64,000 bases of DNA from Perna viridis (taxonomy: Eukaryota). The notes below the pieces were generated by a model. That model was not told the DNA's origin. It did no database searches and saw nothing but the letters and a program-made list of their open reading frames with translations. Both the position numbers and the translations under genes were made by a program. This document shows, piece after piece, positions 56,061 to 64,000 of the stretch. Each line of letters opens with the position of its first letter. Within the stretch, counting starts at the first letter, position 1. The DNA is taken from contig CM074520.1 of assembly GCA_037379345.1 (NCBI GenBank), positions 38,350,664 to 38,414,663 on the forward strand, given 5' to 3'.

Positions 56061-56905
56061 CTATTTCTCTTTTTTTTAATATAAATAATGTTATCTTTGA
56101 TGAGACATTCCAAATTATTTTATGATCATGAATAAGGACGAAAATGAGACAAGTGAAAATCTGTCTTTTACTACTTAATTTGAATTGTTTGATATCCCAG
56201 TACATTTAATTGGATAAATATTTGGTGATTAATCTCAATTCATAGTTTGGCTTGTATTCAGCTGTTTACAAAGTAATATTTTATAAAAGATCTAACGATT
56301 TTGTTGTTTTTATCTATATCATATATGGGTGCATTTTATAGTTAAAACGCCCATTTATCTTCAAGTTTATTCTATATAATAATACAATCACCAAACTGAT
56401 GAAATCAAGATAGTAGTCAAAAGGACAAGTGTACATAAAAAGTCAATAGCACAAATATTAATTATATGGACAAAACCCGGAATATTAGAACACTTCGGCA
56501 TTTGACCTACCTTAGTACAGGCATTTCATAATAAAAGGTAGATTAAACCAGGTTTTAATAGCACACTAAACGTCCCGCTTTCATCGCGATTCATTATTTC
56601 CTGAATATTTCTTCACAAGTGAGTAGCATTTTTTATCTACTGCAAAATTGAAATAAGCGATCTAATTATATTAATATTTTATCTTAATCATTTTTATCCG
56701 AAAAAACAAACAAACAAACAAACAAAGCAAAGCACAAAAAAAAAACAAACAAACAAACTAAAAAAAATTGAAAACTGTAAAAGGCTTCCAGTTAAGTTTA
56801 TAATTCAGTGTCTTATAAACATGTGTGGAGTTATATTACAAAGAACCACATTGAGACTTATTTTGCCATTCCTTTAACTTGTTTTTTTTTTTTTTTTCGT
56901 TCCAG

Positions 56906-58699
56906 CATGGGTGTTATGATGTAAGTATTGTGTTGTTAGTATCAATGACTCAGTTGTTATATTTTCATTCGTTACTGAAGCAAAGTCGTTTTCTTGTGTT
57001 TTCATTCCCTTTCCCAATATTTATGTTTGTATATGGTAATAACTTCATCAGTGACGCACGTTTCTGTATAATTTATATTTTTATAGATATATATTATATA
57101 TTTAATTTTGACATGTGCTACTAAGTGTATATATTTTTTTTTCTAGTAATCGTATATTTATAAATGTTTGAAGTTCGAATAATAAAAACTATTCCTAATA
57201 ATGTGTTTGAAATGGAGGTGCTATAAAACAAACATTTAATGTTTACCACATTTAATACATATCTCGAACAATTAAGCACTTCTCCTTATCTCTAATTGGC
57301 ATGAAATGCTACTGACAAATAGTCACAAATAATTAGTGTTTAAAGAACAAATTGTGAACTTGGATGCTTCAATCCATAATAATCGTGAAATCATAAAGAT
57401 TCCTGTAATTTCTTCCTATAAATGAACAACGGATTGAAAAAAAGATGCTGAAAAAGAAACTATGTCCACAACCAGTACAAATAATATGCAGTGAATACAT
57501 TCAGTATTATACAATTAAGCATATATAGAAATATAACGTTGTTTGTTTGGTGAAGACATGGTTTTCTGAATAACGTTATGTACGCAGATTAAAATGATGT
57601 TTTCAATTATAAGCAGTATTGGTTTAATGACAGGGCACAAATGTGTCACTATATAAATGCAGTAATGCAACAAAACAGTCATTGTCTCATTATTATAATT
57701 TTTACTACGTTTTGAATATTTGTAATGTTGATATTGTAAGTCATAACATATTGCCCCTTTACTTTTGCAGCAGTGTAATTGCACATTTCCTAACATAGAA
57801 ACTTTAGAAAATTATAAATGTATATAAATTCGTATGTTTACACATTTCTACATGTCTAGTCGATTTTGGACAAAACACTATATGTATTTGTCAGTATTAG
57901 TTTATCACTTCATATTGGAATATAGTGATACATAAAGGGACAAATATATGTTTATTGGACAAATTGTCTAATTTAGCATTTTTTTTTTTTTACAAATTTT
58001 CGTTTATCATCATTTTTACGCACTGTAATAAAAAGTCATTGACATTTAATGTCAGTTTCGCCTGTTTATGTTTTTGGAGAAGTATTAATCTATCGATACA
58101 TGGTATATTTATCGTATTTTCCTTATTGGTATATTTGTTAAAACTTCCATTAAACAAGAAACGAAAAGTATCAAGTACAAGTACAAGTGACAAGTATCTT
58201 AACGCCCTGCAAGTACTTTTTATAATTCGTATGTGATATGTTATTTGTTTATAATTTAGTTTTATACGTAGTGTTTCTTTTTCCCTTCAAATATCGTGTT
58301 GTGTATTTATCTTAAATGATCAGTACATATTCATTCCCAGATACGCATAGTATTAGATATACATGTAATAACTCGTTTTATTGACCATTTTAGGGATTGT
58401 AAAAAGTGTGGGTAAGTTCGTTAACAAAACAGATGTGTAGCTTTACTGAACTATGTGTATACAATGAATGCTTTATTGAGTACATTTGGTTATAGAACAT
58501 CATAGATTAGGTGAAATGAACACGTATAACAGATCTGAACTGTTTGAATTATTTCCTCTAACAAGACCTTTTTTAGACAAGTAAAACAAATATCTTTTAT
58601 TTACATTCTTTTGTTTTGATACGTATTATATTTTGCTAATACTTGATCGTTATCTTGTTTTAGGGAAATAACATGGCATAATCATATACAAGAATAAAG
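56906..58699 (+). pseudogene. Small-exon gene fragment with a WSC-like cysteine pattern, apparently disabled
   Basis: Exons: 56906-56920 (ttccag|HGCYD|gtaagt); 57421-57519 (open 33 codons ending IICSEYIQYYTIK, splice sites decayed); 57771-57831 (ttttgcag|QCNC..KCI*|gtatgt); 58394-58411 (ttttag|DCKKCG|gtaagt); 58664-58699 (ttttag|..HGIIIYKNK|gtaaat). Confidence 0.6.
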
Positions 58700-59478
58700 G
58701 TAAATCAAAGCAGTAGATCAGTGATCATTTAAATGTTTAAATGTTACCAACACAGATGACACTAGATAGTATCAGATGATTCAAACATTGTATATATGTG
58801 TGTAGTATAATAGTGATGTGTGTTATTGGGATAATGGATTTCGTTCCGTGTTATTATATATATTTCTGTCTTCTTTTATTTAGGAAATTACAATTGACAA
58901 TAACATAAAATACATTGAGTTTATTTCACTTATTGTCATACTGAGTTAAACATTGTGGAGTCAATCTTGCTCACATTGATTAATCGGTCAGAAAAAAAAA
59001 GACTTTGTATTATGTTGATTATTCATATGAGATTTTGGAGAAACAGATAAAGATATAAATAAGTAAAATATATATAAAATACTTTTTTTTCAATTTTTTC
59101 CCTTATATTTTGTGTCCGTGTAATTACACAACATTGTTGTTGATATTTTTATATCCGAAATAAAAAGAATACTCATTTTTCTGTAAGAACACTATTTCAT
59201 GTTCTTTTAATCTATTAAGTTACAGATTGTTTTTGTTGACCGAGCTAGTGATTAATGTTTTGTAATAACGAATGTGTTAAATACTTCAAAGATAATTTCT
59301 TTTGTTTATTGTACAAGAAAAAAAAATGTTTGAAAAATAGACACCTTTTGTCTATACCAATTAATATTATTAAATTTAATGAAAAAAAAAAAAAAATAGT
59401 AAATAAACATAACATGAAATTACTTATGACAGATTTGTGTTGGTGTAGTTCGTGTATTGACCCGATTTGTATGATTTT

Positions 59479-59510
<32 letters not shown>

Positions 59511-60044
59511 TCAAATTTATTTTTTTTAACAACTAGTGAATATAAGTATTAGTGAATACTTTTAGTCTATATGTTTTTTATTTTATTGATAATCATAAAC
59601 AAAAGTTTGTATATTTCTGGGGCGGGTGATTCAAAATTTGTGCATTTAGATAACTCTTCCAAATCTGTAACAATCAAATTTCTTCAGTCTTGTGGTCTTA
59701 ATGTCACTTTGATAGACAATATTTCAAACTAAATACATTTATAACAAGTTAAGCAAATCCAAATATCTAACACATTACTAAATCTAATGCCGCTTGGTGA
59801 ATGTTTGATTAACAATGATTGACGTAAAGAGATAAGACAACAATTGCACCTGAGACACAAAAAAAAAAAAACACATCCAAATGGATATAGATATGTGTAT
59901 AAAAATATGAAGAAATTGTTACATTTTTTTCAATATGTATTAACTTTATTGTCCCAATTATTTAGAAAAATCAAATTTTCAATAAAATCAAAACGAGGTG
60001 TGTTTATTACTTGTTGCACTAAAACGAGTTATATGATGTTATTT

Positions 60045-60214
60045 CATGCTCCCAGTTTTTGGTGGAGTCCGAGTTGCTCATTTACTTTTGTTACTTTGTA
60101 TGATTTTAGTTATTTAATGTTCTTTGTTGTGTATGTCTGTTTTCCATGTCTGGTTTTTGTCCCTGGATTACATTTTTTGATTACCGCTATAACCTTGGTT
60201 CCCTTGATTACTCT
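60045..60214 (+). mobile_element. Penelope-like element, 3' tip
   Basis: CATGCTCCCAGTTTTTGGTGGAGTCCGAG...CCTTGATTACTCT. Confidence 0.9.
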
Positions 60215-61342
60215 TACCAAACAAATTGTTTAAAGGTTAGCTTTATTTACCAGTATCATAAGGCAGATCTTGTATAACATTTGCAATGAACGAACAAAGT
60301 CACAATCAAATCAACTGATGGGCAACAGTACAAGACAACCAGAAAAAAAGGTGGAAAGTATTTAATCTCATTATCGTCACAAAATTAGAAGGAGAAGAAG
60401 CTGAATTTAGTTATTAAGCATCACAAACAAATTGTTCAATTATTATTATTACGCGTTCCATGCCTTATGGTAAATCTAAACGCAAACAGCACAAAAAACA
60501 TCAGATGAAATATGAACTGCTGATAAAACTTTAGAATAAAACGTTGAAAGTTCACAAATGTATTACACGATATATGAACATCAATAACTTCACTGTGTCA
60601 ATGAAACGGTTCCCCGTTCCAGATAAAAGCTTTATAGTGCAATGAATGACTGTGCATGGTACATTTCAATTCGGTAATTTCAAGAATAATAATATTTTGA
60701 TTTTATGGCAATTTGATAGCAAAAAAGGACTAGTAACTGTTACAAATTCATTATCTGTAAGTGAATCAAATTCAGGTCTGTAAAATATTTGTGGTCAGTG
60801 CATTGTAAAAAAAAAACAAGTGCTATATATTTCTTTTGCAAACGCCATTTTCACTACATCTATGTGGTAACATAAATCATAACATAAATCAATGTAAGAT
60901 TTGGTTATTAATTTCTTTTAAATTTGTCAACTTCCTTTAGAATATAAGCTATTTCAAACCAATACACTACGTGCAATTGTGCTTAGTTATACTTTCTGAT
61001 AAAGATACGACAGGCGGAAATTGGTCAGTGGTATATATGTTTGTTTAAGAATTGAACGTTTTTGTTAATAAATAAATAAATGCAAGTAGATGAAATGAAA
61101 GGAAATCCTTAAATACAAAATATTAAAATTTAGCACACACACACACACACATACGTGCAATAGTATGAAAGTGGGGACACACGATTTTTGGTATGTAATT
61201 GGGTACTCACATTTCTAAGGCCACTGAATAATTAAAATTTTGTAAGTGGCTTTTATAGGTTATATGACAATTGATTGGCACGTCGGAATCAACATAGTTA
61301 TACTTGAATCTACATGATAAACAGTATGACAATGGGACATTA

Positions 61343-61512
61343 TTTTTCACATTGAGGACATTAGCACACATGATCAAATGGGGACTTTTTCACACTGAGG
61401 TCATTGACACACATGGTCAAATGGGGACTTTTTCACACTGAGGACATTAGCACACATGGTCAAAAGGAGACTTTTTCACACTGAGCACATGTGACAACCA
61501 CGATCAAATTGG
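61343..61512. repeat. 43-bp tandem repeat, about 4 units
   Basis: Unit TTTTTCACACTGAGGACATTAGCACACATGGTCAAATGGGGAC. Confidence 0.93.
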
Positions 61513-61734
61513 CTCCGTTGGACACATACTCATTTCAGTGTATTATGGCTTCACTACCCACTCATCGATTCAGCGCAAGTTTTGGTCATCATTGATACAG
61601 CGCAACATTTTATGTTTGTCCGACTATCTTACAAACAAAACAAGAAAAAGACTACATTATCACTACAGATGTTGCTTTTTTTTCCACAAAAGTAAGGGAA
61701 CTCTTCTCTGTTTTGTTATTCCATGTTTTGTATT

Positions 61735-62150
61735 CAGTACCGATCTAATGAGTTAAGCCCCTTTTCAATTCAGTGTTATTGTTTGTTCTAATGTTGTACT
61801 GTTGTACCACTGTCCCAGGTTAGGGGAGGGTTGAGCGCTCACAAACATGTTTAACCCCGCCATATACCTTATGTGCCTGTCCCAAGCCAAGAACCTGTAG
61901 TCCAGCGGTTGTCGTTGGTTGCCATTTGTCATAAATGTTTTTCGTTCATTGTTATTGACTTAAATTAGACCGTTCGTTTTCACTTTTGAATTGTTTCACA
62001 TTTTGTTATCTCGGGGCCTTTTATAGCTTACCGTACGGTATTGGTTTCGCTCATTGTTGAAGGCCGTGCAGTGACCTGTAGCTGTTTACTGTTTGTTCTT
62101 TCTTTAGTGGGAAGTTGTCTCATTGGCGATCTTACCACATCTTCTTTTTT
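61735..62150 (+). mobile_element. Bivalve interspersed retro-repeat, probably the 3' UTR of a second Penelope-like family or a SINE
   Basis: CCACTGTCCCAGGTTAGGGGAGGGTTG..AACATGTTTAACCCCGCC..TGTTGAAGGCCGT..GTTGTCTCATTGGC..CCACATCTTCTTTTT, recalled as an abundant bivalve repeat. Confidence 0.55.
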
Positions 62151-62899
62151 ACAAAGTTGTATCTGTTATTCAAAATATTTGAAATTGAATAAATTATTTA
62201 TTTATAATTAATATAAATATTAGATTTATTTATAAGAATAAAATAAAGACATGAATGATAAAAAAAGTCAATTTTTCAAGCAGATAAATACTCTTCCATT
62301 GCAAATATGCTTAAACTTATCTCCATGTTGATGAGTTTAGGGAAAGATTAGTTAATGTAGTTGCAGATAAAAAAAAACAGAAAAAAAGATATAATAAATA
62401 CAATTTAAGTTATCTATAGCGATACAACATACAGGTTTCAGTTTTAAGTAATTTGTGGTACAGGGGGTCCAGCATATCTTGTGACAAAAAAAGAGCGTCA
62501 TCTGCAATAAATATGGTCGTGTGTATTTTGTATTTAAATACTTTTAAACGAAACTAGGGGAATGCAAATGATGGCGTCCTTTATTGTCAGGCACAATTGT
62601 AGTTGCAGATGAAGAAAACAGAAAATTCGTTTAAAAAAGGGATTAACTTCAAACGGCGATCTACCTGCCTGCAAGATGTTTGATTCATAGATAGTGTCTT
62701 GCTAGGTGTTTGTCTCATATATAATGGTAATACAGCAGTATTGCGAGAGGTTACATAAAAATTATATAAAGCATACCTATTGGAGGTGTTTGATGGACAT
62801 TTTGGGATTAAATTGTTAAGAGAAGTAACAAGTTAATAAAATAATTAAATACAAGTTAATGTAGGGTAAAATTAATTTATTATATGATTGTATTTTTTC

Positions 62900-63545
62900 T
62901 TTGCTCTGATTGGCTGTAATTACCTTGAAAAGTATTGAGTATGTCCAATGTCTACCTAAAAATCGCCTTGCAGATAACGAGGACTGTAATTTATTTGTCA
63001 ACCCGGTTTGCATAAAAATGGAACAAAAAAATCCAAATCATTCTTAAAATAAAACAGCCAATCAAAAATCACCTCGGCGGTAACGTCACTAACATGGACT
63101 GTAATGTCAACCCGGTTTGGATAAAAATAGATCAAAAACACCAAATCATTCTTAACATACAACAACCATTCAAATTTTATGACATTTTAAGAACTGTTGA
63201 TACAATATGAACTTACCGGTACCTTCATCTAGAACTGGACATTTTAATTTCCCAAGTCAGCATTTAACAAATGTTCAAACATTACAATCAATTTCAATCT
63301 TAGAAAATGAATCTGGCCAGACTTGCCTATTAAAATCCATGTTCTTTGATTATTATTTATTATTTCTTTGCCATTGTGAAGGGAAAAACCATATAATAAA
63401 ACAATCATTGACTCTTAAATAGGAGCTGGGTTTATCAACCCTCAAAAAGAAATATTAACCTCGACTTCGGCTCGGTTAATATTACTTTTGTTAAGTTGTT
63501 AAATCCCCGTAGTAACCCATATAAGAGTCAATAATTGTATAATAG
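62900..63545. mobile_element. Non-autonomous foldback element with a terminal ~145-bp palindrome and an internal direct repeat
   Basis: ACAATCATTGACTCTTA..AATATTAACC(tcgacttcggctc)GGTTAATATT..TAAGAGTCAATAATTGT at 63401-63538. Direct repeat at 62981-63066 and 63096-63174. Confidence 0.6.
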
Positions 63546-63547
63546 TA

Positions 63548-63810
63548 ATTAGAGTTAGGGTAAACATAAAATTTATAGAGTTAAATAAGTGTTAGAGTAA
63601 AAATTAAAGGTTTAAGAAGGGGTTAGTGTGGGTAAAAGTTAAAGGGTTAGGTAAAGAGTTGTGGTTAAAGTTAGGGTTAATGGGCAGGGTCAGGATTAGA
63701 GTAGATGTATTGTGTACATGAAAGGGAAATAATTGAAATGGGGAATTTATCAATACGTTTACGGTATGAGTATCAAAGAGTTGGGGTATAGTTTGGGTTA
63801 AGGTACAGGC
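63548..63810 (+). repeat. Degenerate TTAGGG-like G/T-rich tract
   Basis: Scattered GTTAGGG, GGGTTAG and GGGTTAAGG units with a strong G-strand bias. Confidence 0.55.
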
Positions 63811-63973
63811 ACGTGAAATAAAAAGAATGGAAATGGGAGAATATAGGTACATGATTTTCAAGGATTTTGAGTCATTAAACATTCTTTTTACAATGAAATC
63901 CTGGGTTTGACATTATGCTTAGCTATATTTTTGTATAACTTGTGCACCCAACATCATCATTATCATACTTCCT

Positions 63974-64000
63974 CCATCCATTCATCCATCCATCCATCAT
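63974..64000. repeat. (CATC)n microsatellite
   Basis: Visible at the window end. Confidence 0.9.

Larger units (their letters stand above)
1..56750. repeat. Scrambled tandem segmental-duplication array of same-orientation modules
   Basis: Module starting near 1 recurs at ~13920, 34200, 39560 and 51480. Module at 700 recurs at 6320 and 37185. Module at 1640 recurs at 7440, 14680, 38380, 40340 and 42830. Module at 2400 recurs at 8250, 31370 and 45870/47320. Module at 12800 recurs at 16900, 33750, 38700 and 51050. Confidence 0.93.
44900..56750 (+). repeat. Older, most complete array unit (paralog of ~27990-35420, 10960-12000 and 5270-6300)
   Basis: Colinear, visibly more diverged matches such as 45020/30415, 50620/33290, 52150/34780, 53500/10960 and 56075/5720. 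Confidence 0.88.

Noticed and set aside
60720-60756. 37-nt segment before a gtaagt donor
   Set aside because: Weak acceptor, not frame-preserving, and no motif links it to the other exons.
61740-61770. CTAATGAG as a hammerhead ribozyme core
   Set aside because: It mismatches CUGAUGA, and there is no properly placed GAAA or stems.

Overview
Very AT-rich eukaryotic DNA, most likely from a bivalve mollusc (inferred from the repeat families), with no intact protein-coding gene. About 1-56.7 kb is a scrambled tandem array: the same 0.5-1.5 kb modules recur 3-6 times in the same orientation, at different ages and with copy-specific deletions. The array carries pieces of a decayed Tx1/L1-clade LINE (minus strand; endonuclease, RT and C-terminal parts survive in different copies), about 10 fragments of a Penelope-like retroelement of several ages, two minisatellites whose unexpanded paralogous sites are still in the window, and a 9-nt microexon-like cassette. 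At about 22-25.6 kb lies an intron-containing transposase-like pseudogene (Sola3-like by my recollection) that lacks its catalytic core. The unique segment at 56.9-59.5 kb holds small spliced exons (15, 99, 61, 18 and 36 nt) that the ORF track misses; joined, they give a WSC-like cysteine pattern, apparently disabled. All alignments, identities and translations were done by eye, so boundaries are approximate unless splice dinucleotides are quoted.
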